Assembly (NCBI RefSeq): GCF_001194135.2
Contig: NC_068987.1
Span: 56,903,381-56,945,923 of the forward strand
From: Octopus bimaculoides
Lineage: Eukaryota
Length of the DNA: 42,543 bases
Direction: 5' to 3'
A program made the position numbers and the translations under genes. Under the pieces are notes generated by a model. It was not told where the DNA came from. It saw nothing but the letters and a program-made list of their open reading frames with translations, and searched no databases. Shown here in pieces: positions 13,101-25,100 of this stretch (its first letter is position 1; every line of letters begins with the position of its first letter).

Positions 13101-16100
13101 AAAACCTGTCAAGGGGCAGATGAGCTCCTTGTGGACCAGTGGCCATCCAGTTGTGGAATGCAATGGCAAACCACCTTAATATCTCTACCAAGGAAACCCT
13201 ATGAGAAAGTTAGAATAAAGTAATGCTATAACTTCATTGGGTAGGAGAAGTCGCACTTAATAAGAAAGACTTTTGTAGTGTCATTAATGCGCTACAAAAG
13301 TGTACAACATATGACGTTGATGGGTCTGGAGGAATTTATTGAGGCGGATTTCTACAACTGGATGCTCTTCCCTGGTCACCTCCCCCCACCCATCTGTTTC
13401 AAAGTAAGGTAATATTTCTACATGGCTAGATATGTTTTTCATAATAGACTGGAAACGAACAATATTCGCTTGTAAGATTGTAATGCTTGTTTACAACTCA
13501 CACACTCTTCATCATTTCATCATCATTTAACATCCACTTTTCCATGTTTGCAAGGGTCACATGGAATTTATTAAAGCAATTTTTATACACTGGGCTTCTC
13601 CCAGTTTCCATCTACCAAATCCACTCACAAGGTTTTGGTCAACCTATGGCTATAGAAGGTATTTGCCCATGGTTTTGTGCAGTGGGACTGAACCTGAGTC
13701 TACATGGTTTCGAAGTAAGTGTCTTAACCACAGCTACACCTGCATCTTCCATGTAAATGAAATTGAGTAAAATGAAAATTTATGGGAAGGAAATTCACTA
13801 TCAATCAAAGGTGCTGTCTTTGATATACAGTGTCACACTACTGAGTTTATGTGAAGATGACATGTAGGATACATTAAGATACTATGGAACATAAAAAAAA
13901 TAGCAGGATGCTGTGTTGGAGAAAACCTGTCCAACCTATGCAAACATGGAAAAACAGACATAAAAATGATGATGATGATGATGATGCAAGTGTTTGTACT
14001 TTATTCAGCCACTTACCTTATAAGACAATGTGTAGGTAGTTCTTTCGTTGGTTGATCAACTGGGACAGTCATATGTCAAACCTGAATCAAGATCCATTAA
14101 AACCTAAATAGAGCTTAACCTCCTACAGTTTCTGGAAGGGTATGTTTCTATGGCTAAACTTTCTGTGCTAATGTTTTCACTTTCAGGTTACTAATCATAG
14201 AAAATTTCATTCCGCATGAGGAGAAGAATAAAGTCATGAACCGTGCCTATTTTGATGAAGATGAGGACACTTGGAAACTGCAACCTCTTACTAAATCCAA
14301 GTAAGTAATAAATGTTTTAGATTTCAAATTTCGTTGCCTATTTTGTATGGTGTGTTCAAAAGGTGTTTCCTCTTTCAGACAATGTAGGAAGTGCCTACTC
14401 TAACTAAAGCTAAAAATATTAAATATTCAATGCCAAAAGTAAATAATATCCAATTCATTCTAAAAATACATGAAATTTGATGCTTGATAATTTTACATTC
14501 ATATTGCTATATCAAATGTAATGCTTATTTATTCACATTGTTTTGAATTAATCATGCATTATCTTGTGGCTTTGAGATTTCAATATGAATGGTTATTTTT
14601 ATAATCACATTGTGGGGTAGGTGTGAGAGAGCAGATCTGGTTGGTTTAAATGCTAAAGAGTTAATTCAGTCAATGGCTAATATTTTGAAGTTAATCTGGT
14701 ACATTTTCCCTTTGTCTTTCAACCTCAGTACATATATATTGATGTGGCTATATGGTAAAAAGTTTGCTTCCCAACAACATGATTATAGGTTCAGTGCTAC
14801 TATATGGCACCTTGGGCAAGTGTCTACTATAATAACCTCAGGCCAACGAAAGCCTTGCAAGTGGATGTGGTGAATGGAAACTGAAAGGTGCCCATTATAT
14901 ATGTAAATGTGTGTTTGTGTGTATGTTACTGTTTCCTTGCTATGACATTGTGATAGATGTAAGCAGATGGTGTCCTTTGTTTCCAATCTTCCAGTATTAC
15001 CTTACTTGGAAACAGATAGGAGTTGGCAACTGGAAGGGCATCTGGCCATAGAAAATCTGCTCAACTAACATAGTCTGACCCATGCATGCATGGAAAAGTG
15101 GATGTTAAATGATGATGATGATATATAAATGAATATAAATTTTACAACCACAAGCCATTAGTGAGTGAAGATCAAAAATGCATCAAATATTCTATTGTAA
15201 AGGTAGAATGATTTCTGCTATTCATTCAGTGTTATAGAGTTCATTACTGAATGATGGTACGTGACTCAGTAGTTAGAGCATCTGGTTCACAATCATGAGG
15301 TAGTGAGTTTGATTCCCAGACTGGGCAGTGAGTTGTGTTCTTGAGCAAAACACTTTATTTTACATTGCTCCAGTTCACTCAGCTGTAGAAATGAGTGACG
15401 ACGTCACTGGTGCCAAGCTGTATTGGCCATTGCCTTTCCCATGGATAACATTGGTGGCATGGGGAGAGGAGGCTGGTATGCATGGGCGGTTGCTAGTCTT
15501 CCATAAACAACCTTTCCCAGATTTGTACCTCGGAGGGTAACTTTGTAGGTGCAACCCCATGGTCATTCATGATCGAAGGAAGTCTTTTTTACTAAATGAC
15601 GAGTGTTTGTGCCGGTGTTACATGACATGCATTTGTTTCTGGTGATTGAGCTAATATGTGGAGATGTCTATTTTACATGCATATATAGAGGCGTAGGAGT
15701 GGCTGTGTGGTAAGTAGCTTGCTTACCAACCACATGGTTCCGGGTTCAGTCCCACTGCGTGGCACCTTGGGCAAGTGTCTTCTACTATAGCCTCGGGCCG
15801 ACCAAAGCCTTGTGAGTGGATTTGGTAGACGGAAACTGAAAGAAGCTTGTCGTATATATGTATGTGTGTGTATATGTTTGTGTGTCTGTGTTTGTCCCCC
15901 CAACATCGCTTGACAACCGATGCTGGTGTGTTTACATCCCCGTAACTTAGCGGTTTGGCAAAAAGAGACTGATAGAATAAGTACTAGGCTTACAAAAGAA
16001 TAAGTCCTGGGGTCGATTTGCTTGACTAAAGGCGGTGCTCCAGCATGGCCACAGTCAAATGACTGAAACAAGTAAAAGAGTAAAAGAGTATATAAAATAG

Positions 16101-19100
16101 TAATAATAATGTATATTATACATATGTGTGTCTGTTTCTCTGTGTGATTTTGCATTGATGCTGGTTTGGTGATACTTTTTATGTCTTTCATAACCAAAGC
16201 ATGCATCAGGACTTGGACGTATGAAAAAGTGGGATAAAGTACCTTATTTCAAAACACGGGTTGGCAACAAGATGGGCACCTGGCTGTAGAATACTGCCTC
16301 TAAAACTTTCAGTGAATCCATGCTAGCATGGAAAAGCAGATTTTAAAATAATGATGATAATAGGTGTGTCTCTGTACACTTGTATATAATTACAATTGTA
16401 TAAAAATTCAATTGTGTATTTACCAAGTTGTGTGTGTGTAAGTGTAAGCAAGTACTTTTTGTTAAGATATTCTTTTATGGATAGTCTCATAGTGACATGA
16501 AGCAATTTTATTAATGCCTCCTGCCTACTTTGAGCTCTCACTTACAGCACCTGCCACCTGAAACATTTAATGCTGATTGTCCATTTTATAACTATAGCAT
16601 AAGACAGCAAGCCAGCAGAATTGTTAGCTTGCTAGAAAAAATGCTTTGCTGTATTTTGTCTGTCTTTACATTCTGCATTCGAATTCTACCAAGGTCAGCT
16701 TTGCCTTTCATCCTTTTGAGGTCAATGAAATAAGTACATAATGTATAAATAGTGTATAAAGATTGCTATTTGGTACTAATATTCCTGACTTCCCACACAT
16801 TATTTCATATAAAATGATTGGTTTGTCATGATTGCTACCCTTCACATTTATTTTAATCTTTTGCTATCACTTTATGCTGTTAAATCAACATTCTATTATG
16901 TCACTACCTTCTTGGTTTCTATATTTGATGATACTTGTTGAATATGTTTTCAACATTAACTTCTTTGTTACTATATTTCTGTTGAAATACAGTTTCAATT
17001 AATTTTGAAAATAACAAAGAATTTAATAAAATAACTTTGTCGTTACTAAGCTGGTATTTAAAACAAAAATTTGCATGAAATTTTGATGAAAGATTCTAAT
17101 TTAGATTGACTTTAAAACAGAAAGTTGATGTCATAGACCCAGGGCAGCCTCAGACAGATTTGTAATAAAAGGGTTAATCGATTTAAGGATAATTGAAATA
17201 AAGACAACAATGCAACAAAGTGATTGAAATATTTCTTTCATATCCTACCACCACCTCATTTAATATATAATTATTTTTATATTGTAACTAATTAACATTT
17301 TAAACAGCCATTGCTTTGAAGACACTGCTTTTAATTCAAACCAGAGAGACATATTTGATTTTGTTGATATGTTGTCTTTAGTCATACTATTTACTATTTA
17401 CTTGTTTCTGTCATTTGATTGTGGCCATGCTGGAGCACCGCCTTTAGTCGAGCAAATCGACCCCAGGACTTATACTTTGTAAGCCTAGTACTTATTATAT
17501 CGGTGTCTTTTGCCAAACCGCTAAGTTACGGGGACGTAAACACACCACCATCGGTTGTCAAGTGATGTTGGGGGGCCAAACACAGACACACAAACATATA
17601 CACACACACATATATATATACGACAGGCTTCTTTCAGTTTCCGTCTACCAAATCCACTCACTAGGGTTTGGTCGGCCTGAGGCTATAGTAGAAGACACTT
17701 GCCCAAGGTGCCACACAGTGGGACTGAACCCGGAACCATGTCGTTCGTAAGCAAGCTACTTACCACACAGCCACTCCTACGCCTATCATATTCAGTAATA
17801 TTTTATAAATTCATTAACATGTCTAACTTAATTAGTATTATGTATGTTTAAGGTTAAAGACCATTTTTCTATATGCTCTCTGAGAAATTATTTTGTAGAC
17901 TCATGTACTAAACAATCTTTTACAAACACTTAGGTTAGTGCTAACATATTCAATGCAGGGAGTGTCAAAATAGCTAACTAGAGATAATTATGTTGTAAGG
18001 AATAGACAATATTAACCAGTGACTAATATTTTAATTATGTTGACAAGTATGGGGGACTACTCCCAACTCATTTCAGTCTTATAACCACTTCATTATTTCT
18101 AGTTTTCATTTTAATGTCCCCTGCATTATATATGTTAAAAACTAACTTAAGTGTTGTTTCTTATGTGGATGACATTACCTGAGTAAGTCATTCTTTTATA
18201 AGGGCTGATTAGTATCTTTGTTACAATTGAAAGGGAAAACAAGGAGAAAGAAAGAACCAGCAAAATTTTTTTTTTTTTCCCTAAGGCGGGCAGTGAGCTG
18301 GCAGAATCATGAGCATGTTGGGCAAAATGCTTAGCAACATTTTATCCATCTTAATATTCTGAGTTCAAATTCCGCTGAGGTTGATCTTGCCTTTCATTTC
18401 CTTTGGGATCAATAAAATAAGTTCCAGTTGAACATTAGGGTCAATTTAATCGACTTACCCACCTCCTCTGAAATTACTGGCTTTGTGCCAGAATTTGAAA
18501 TCAATATTTTGTTTTCCCTAAGGAGTGACAATTATCACGAGAAGAGAAAAGGCAGAGGTATTAGATGGGTTTTGTGCTGCAAATATATTCAAAATGATCT
18601 GAATTAAAATCTTTCACCAAAATTTTATGTTAACCAGCTCAAGAATGATAAAGTAATTTTACTAAATTCTTTGTTATTTTCAAAATTAATCAAAGCAAAG
18701 CCTGTGTATTTCAACAGAAATATAACAAAAGGGTTAGGGTGACAGTATCATAGAGTTGGCTTGTTCAAAAGAGCAGAGGGAATGTGGTTGTCAAACAAAT
18801 TGTTTTCTTTCATAGATGTGACCTAGAATGCATGTATGTGGAGCTTGTGCACCATTCCAGCTGTGTAAGCAGTATCCTATAGAATGTGAATGTGGGTATT
18901 TATGCTTGTTGCGAAAGGTTGAGGTGGAATTTCTTATCTTTGTAATACAATCGAAAGGGATTTTTTTTTTTAAGAATCCGTGCTTAACAGAATTAAATGC
19001 ACCACTCCAATACAAAGTGCAGTCATTTGGTACTCAAGATCTTTGAGTGGGCCATCTTGTAGCATATCAACTTGACCTTTTTTGTCTTTGTAGTTTGGCT

Positions 19101-22100
19101 GGAGAGTAAATTATGGATATCCATGACAGCCTGTTGTTATTTTACCCTTTAGATTATTCTGTCAAATACAATGCTTATTTATTCGCATTGCTTTGAATTA
19201 ATCATGACTTATCCTGTAGCTTCAAGCTTCTGATGACATGGTAGTTTCTTTTTAGAATGACATTATAGAGTAGGTGTGAGGGCCAAATTTGGCCAGTCTG
19301 AACATAACACAGGTAGAATATTTTGGCCGAATATGGCTAGTTTAAATGCTAAAGGGTTAATCCCAGGCTAACCTTGATCAACCAGATCTATGATGAAAGA
19401 CAGGATCATCCTATATATTTTCAGACATTATATGAGGGACTACATTAACTTTTTTTCTTTTATTCTTTAAATAGTAGGATGTGATAAGGGAGACTTGGCT
19501 GCTGTTTCTTGCAGGTCGAGTGACCATTTGTGTGCTTCCTTGCTTCGCAAGATATTTTTTTTAAGATGTAAATAGTGTAGGATTTAAAACTAGCTGCACA
19601 GGTCAAGTCTATTAATTATGACAGTCATAGTTGTAATGTCATCTTGATATAATAGTTAGCACAGCTACATGGTTTTCAGCAAAGGTAATGTTTGAATCCT
19701 GCAGGCAATGTAAAAAGTTTTCTCCACCGCGCAGGAGTGGCTGTGTGGTAAGTAGCTTGCTTACCAACCACATGGTTCCAGGTTCAGTCCCACTGCGTAG
19801 CACCTTTGGCAAGTGTCTTCTACTATAGCCTCGGGCCAACCAAAGCCTTGTGAGTGGATTTGGTAGACAGAAACTGAAAGAAGCCCGTCGTATATATGTA
19901 TGTGTGTTTGTCCCCCCACCATCGCTTGACAACCGATGCTGGTGTGTTTACGTCCCCGTAACTTAGCAGTTCGGCCAAAAGGACCGATAGAATAAGTACT
20001 AGGCTTACAAAGAATAAGACCTGGGGTCGATTAGCTCAACTAAAAGATGGTGCTCCAGCATGGCCACAGTCAAATGACTAAAACAAGTAAAAGAGTATCT
20101 TCTCTATTAGATTCATAAACACGTCACACATACAAACACACACATAGGTGCCTTCTACGCATCGCCAGCACAAGTGCCTGTTACATGTCACCAGCATAGG
20201 TGCCTCTTATGCATCATCAGCATAGGTGCCTTCTATATGTCACTAGCACAGATGCCTTTCACTTGGCACTGGCCTCGACCATGATTACTACACCTTGTAA
20301 AATATCTCCAGAAAACACCATGGCATGGCTATATTGTAAATTATGGATTTTCATGATAATGTGTTTGCTGTTTAACCCCAGGACATCTCTGATCAGCAAC
20401 ATCCCATTTTTCTTTATTTTATTTCTTTATTTTTATTTAGCACACAGACAATGGCTAAACGGCCAGTATCAGCTGTTGGCAACCGGCGACCAGTAGCAGA
20501 ATACGCCCGTCTTGGTTCTATAACTGGAAACCCTCGATTTAAGGTCTGTTTGTTTTGCTTCTTTTCTTCATTTTAATGATTGCACTTGTGTAGGTTTGTT
20601 TTATTTTAATTGTATTAAATTTGTACATTTTTTAATATTTTACTTGTTCTATCTTGTGTCTAGTTCCAAGATGAAAACGATTTTTCCGTCTGTCTGTCTG
20701 TCTGTCCTCTCCCTCCATCCCTCTCTCTCCCTCCCTCCATCCCTCCCCTCTCTCCCCTTCTCTCTCCCTCCCTCCATCCCTNNNNNNNNNNNNNNNNNNN
20801 NNNNNNNNNNNNNNNNNNNNNNNNNNNNNNNNNNNNNNNNNNNNNNNNNNNNNNNNNNNNNNNNNNNNNNNNNNNNNNNNNNNNNNNNNNNNNNNNNNNN
20901 NNNNNNNNNNNNNNNNNNNNNNNNNNNNNNNNNNNNNNNNNNNNNNNNNNNNNNNNNNNNNNNNNNNNNNNNNNNNNNNNNNNNNNNNNNNNNNNNNNNN
21001 NNNNNNNNNNNNNNNNNNNNNNNNNNNNNNNNNNNNNNNNNNNNNNNNNNNNNNNNNNNNNNNNNNNNNNNNNNNNNNNNNNNNNNNNNNNNNNNNNNNN
21101 NNNNNNNNNNNNNNNNNNNNNNNNNNNNNNNNNNNNNNNNNNNNNNNNNNNNNNNNNNNNNNNNNNNNNNNNNNNNNNNNNNNNNNNNNNNNNNNNNNNN
21201 NNNNNNNNNNNNNNNNNNNNNNNNNNNNNNNNNNNNNNNNNNNNNNNNNNNNNNNNNNNNNNNNNNNNNNNNNNNNNNNNNNNNNNNNNNNNNNNNNNNN
21301 NNNNNNNNNNNNNNNNNNNNNNNNNNNNNNNNNNNNNNNNNNCTCTCTCTCTCTCTCTCTCTCTCACACACAGCTGAATTTCTGTTAAAATGTTGAAATA
21401 TTTTATTCCTGTATGAGCCATTCAACCTACTAGAAATAGCAATCAAATGTCCCTCAAATAACAATACCATCTTTAAAAAAAAGGAAAGACACATGCCTAA
21501 TATGCAAAAGGACAAGATATACAAAACTAGAATACCTTTGATCATGGCTCTACTATATCAGGACGAGCCTGGAACTGAGCAATGGTAACAATATTCCTGG
21601 CAAATTTATGAGCATTAGTTTTAACTCTCCTAGTATGTTAACCTTTACCCTCTAGTTGTAGATTTCAATAGAATTTATTGCTGTTACTGTTGTTGCTTGT
21701 AATACTTTCATATGTTGGCTTTCTCATATTTACCATTGGTATCAGATATAACTTTGCCCTATTGTAGTTAACATCAGGTAAAATTTGAGCCCAAGTATAA
21801 TTACCATAACTTATCATTATCATCATTTAATGTCTGTTTTCCATGCTGGCATGGGTTAGACAGTTTGACTGGAACAGGTAAGCTGGAGAACTGCAGCAGG
21901 CTCCAGTCTGCTTTGGCTTGGTTTCTACAGCTGAACGCCCTTCCTAACACCAACCACTGCAAAGTCTACTAGATGTCTTACACATGTCACTGGCCTTTTA
22001 CCTGTCACCAGCGTGAGTGCCTTTTATGTGTCACTGGCACAGGTGTCCTTTATATGTTACTGGCACACATACCTTTAGTATGTCATTGGCACGGGTGCTT

Positions 22101-25100
22101 GTAGCATGTCATTGGCACGGGTGCTTGTAGCATGTCACTGGCACGGGTGCTTGTAGTATGTCATTGGCACGGGTGCTTGTAGCATGTCACTGGCACGGGT
22201 GCTTGTAGCATGTCACTGGCACGGGTGCTTGTAGCATGTCACTGGCACGGGTGCTTGTAGCATGTCACTGGCACGGGTGCTTGTAGCATGTCACTGGCAC
22301 AGGTGCCTGTAGCATGTCACCAGCACGGATGCCTTTAGCAAATCACTGGCATGGGTACCTCTTTCATATCACCAGCACAGGTGCCTTTTACATGTCAAAA
22401 GTATGGGTGCCTTTATACACAGGTGTGCCTTTATACATGCCATTGGCACAAGGCACCTTACCAGCATGGGTGCCATTCACTTGTCACTGGCATTGGCCAT
22501 GACCATGATTGCTACAAAATAAAATAGAGTATTGTAGTTCGCTTGAAGCATTGTGTATTGTTTGTAAAGAATAAAAAGTTTAGAATGGTGCAACAATGCA
22601 CTATAAAACAAAAAATGGACTATATACCTGTTGTAATTTGGTTNNNNNNNNNNTAGAATGGTGCAACAATGCACTATAAAACAAAAAATGGACTATATAC
22701 CTGTTGTAATTTGGTTATCTATAGTCCGATGATATTTCGGAATTACAATTCCTTCTTCAGATCTTCTTAGATGGCGTCCCTGCTATAAACTGTTTTCCAA
22801 CGGTTTTCTTTTTTTTTCGGAAGTGTCTCAGTAGTGGTCTCACGAAGCTTCTTCCGGAATTCCTCATGAGAAGCGCGTGAGGTCGGCTATGTTTCAATCT
22901 CATGTCTGTTGGTACATCTGTAGCGCTGCTTCTAAGTTATGTGTTATACATGCAGCTTCTCTTTTTTTTATTTTTGTGTACCTGCCATTCAAATGAGTTA
23001 TGTTTCTTTGCATAGTTACCAATACCATCAGGTACAATTTTACCCAAGTATACTTACCATTGGTGGGGTTGTAAAAGTGTGAGAGGAGAATGGAGTGGAT
23101 ATAAACAAGGGGAGTCAGATGAAGGTAGTGAATGGTGAACAGGGGTAGGAATGATCAATATGTGTATGGTATGATAAGAACGAGCGATGCATGCATATTG
23201 AGAGTAGTACAGAAAAGAGGGAGTGGTAATTAGCTATACAGAGAAGATGATATTATTTGGTAAAAAAGAAAAAAACCTAATGTGGATATAGTTTGACTGA
23301 TTATATCTTTACTTCTTGGATCCGTTTAAACAAATGACCTGATGCTAAATTGTGTGGATATACCACTTCTTGGAATACTGCTTCACTGAAACAAGCTTAA
23401 AAAAATATTCAGTGTAATTTAGATGCAGTAATTTTTAACAAATATATTACTTTTCAAATATGTTTTATTTTTAAGTTTGTTTTCCTAAAGTTATATATTT
23501 TTTTAAATCAATAATCTAAAATGTCTCTTACAAGATTATAATTTCTATTTTAACAGGGTGAAAACATTCTTCAATTACAACTTGATATGCCAACAAGAAC
23601 CACATCTGAATATGAAGGCCCTGTGGTTGCGCCTAGAGTGCAGGCTGCATTAGATGCTGCACTCAAGATGGAACAAGACATAGACATAATTGAGAGGTCA
23701 GTAAATTACAATGAATTCAGTGCAATATCTTATATTTTTCCCCACCAGGGTCAAAGATATTTTCCAAATTTCAATTTTGTTTTTCTGTTTTGTTGAATTT
23801 CACTGAATTTATTTTACACCAATCGGATATTGGAATTTATATTTTCATTTTTTTCCTCCTCAATAGTCCTGCATTAAACAAGATGAAAGCTAAGAAAAAA
23901 GAGAAAATATCAAAAGACAGGTACGTAGTTTAACCATTCTATGGAAATCATTTCACTAGGTTTTCATTACAACAGCTTCCTTAGATTTACCTTGCTAAAA
24001 CAAACAAACACACACACACGTGCATGCATATGCATACACATACTTAATGAATCTTGATAACATCTAAACTAGGCATTGGTAATCTTTTTCAAGATGCAGA
24101 CCACATGAGACAGGGATCATCATCAGGTGGACTGTACTACTAAAAAAATTGATGGTAATTTTTTGTTAGGCACATCATTAAGAAAAACCCATGGGATTGT
24201 TCGTGACTTACCCAAACTTTTTTTTTTAATATTTTCCAGTTTTTTTGTCATACTACATGTATATATGCTTGGGATTATAAATATGAATGTAGGTATACAT
24301 TTGTATCATCATCATCATCATCGTTTAACGTCCGTTTTCCATGCTGGCATGGGTTGGACGGTTTTGACTGGGGACTGGGGAGCCAGATGGCTGCACCAGG
24401 CTCCAATCTGATCTGGCAGAGTTTCTACAGCTGGATGCCCTTCCTAACGCCAACCACTCCGAGGGTGTAGCGGGTACATTTATGTGCCACCGGCACGAGG
24501 GCCAATCAGGTGGTACTGGCAACGGCCATGCTCAAATAGTGTTTTTTACGTGCCACCTGCACAGGAGCCAGTCCAACGGTACTGGCAACGCCCTCGCTCG
24601 AATGTTGTTTTCCACGTACCACCGGCACAAGTGCCAGTAAGGCGATGCTGGCAACGATCACACTCGAATGGTGCTTTTTACATGCCACCGGCATGGGGGC
24701 CAGTCAGTGACACTGGCAACGATCATGCTCGGATGGTGCTCTTAGTGCTCCATTAGCACGGATGCCAGTCATGCAGTGCTGGCATCGAATTTGATTTCGA
24801 TTTCACTTGCCTCAACATGTCTTCACAAGCAGAGTTTAGTGTCCAATGAAAGAAAGGGGGCTGGTTACACCACTGGCATAGGCCAAAGGTTATGGTCTCA
24901 CTTGGCTTTACCAGGTCTTTTCAAGCACAGCATATTTCCAAAGGTCTAGGTGAGGCCTAATGTTCGAACTCTTCCAGTTTCCCTCAACCGCTAGGCTGTG
25001 ACACTTTTTCCACACAGCTATCCTCATCCATTCGTCTCACATGATCATACCAGCGCAGTCGTCTCTCTTGCACACTACAACTGATGCTTCTTAGGTCCAA

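Noticed and set aside
20596-21545. Long ORFs (253-298 aa), and similar ones at 2181-2718 and 31142-31527
   Set aside because: They are open only because they span N runs and microsatellites
22081-22313. CRISPR-like array
   Set aside because: The 26-bp units are contiguous with no unique spacers, there are no cas genes, the context is a eukaryotic intron, and the motif derives from a LINE 3' UTR
22581-22716. 63-bp direct duplication
   Set aside because: It has the same 10-N gap signature and is probably an artefact, although long reads are warranted because of the nearby hammerhead
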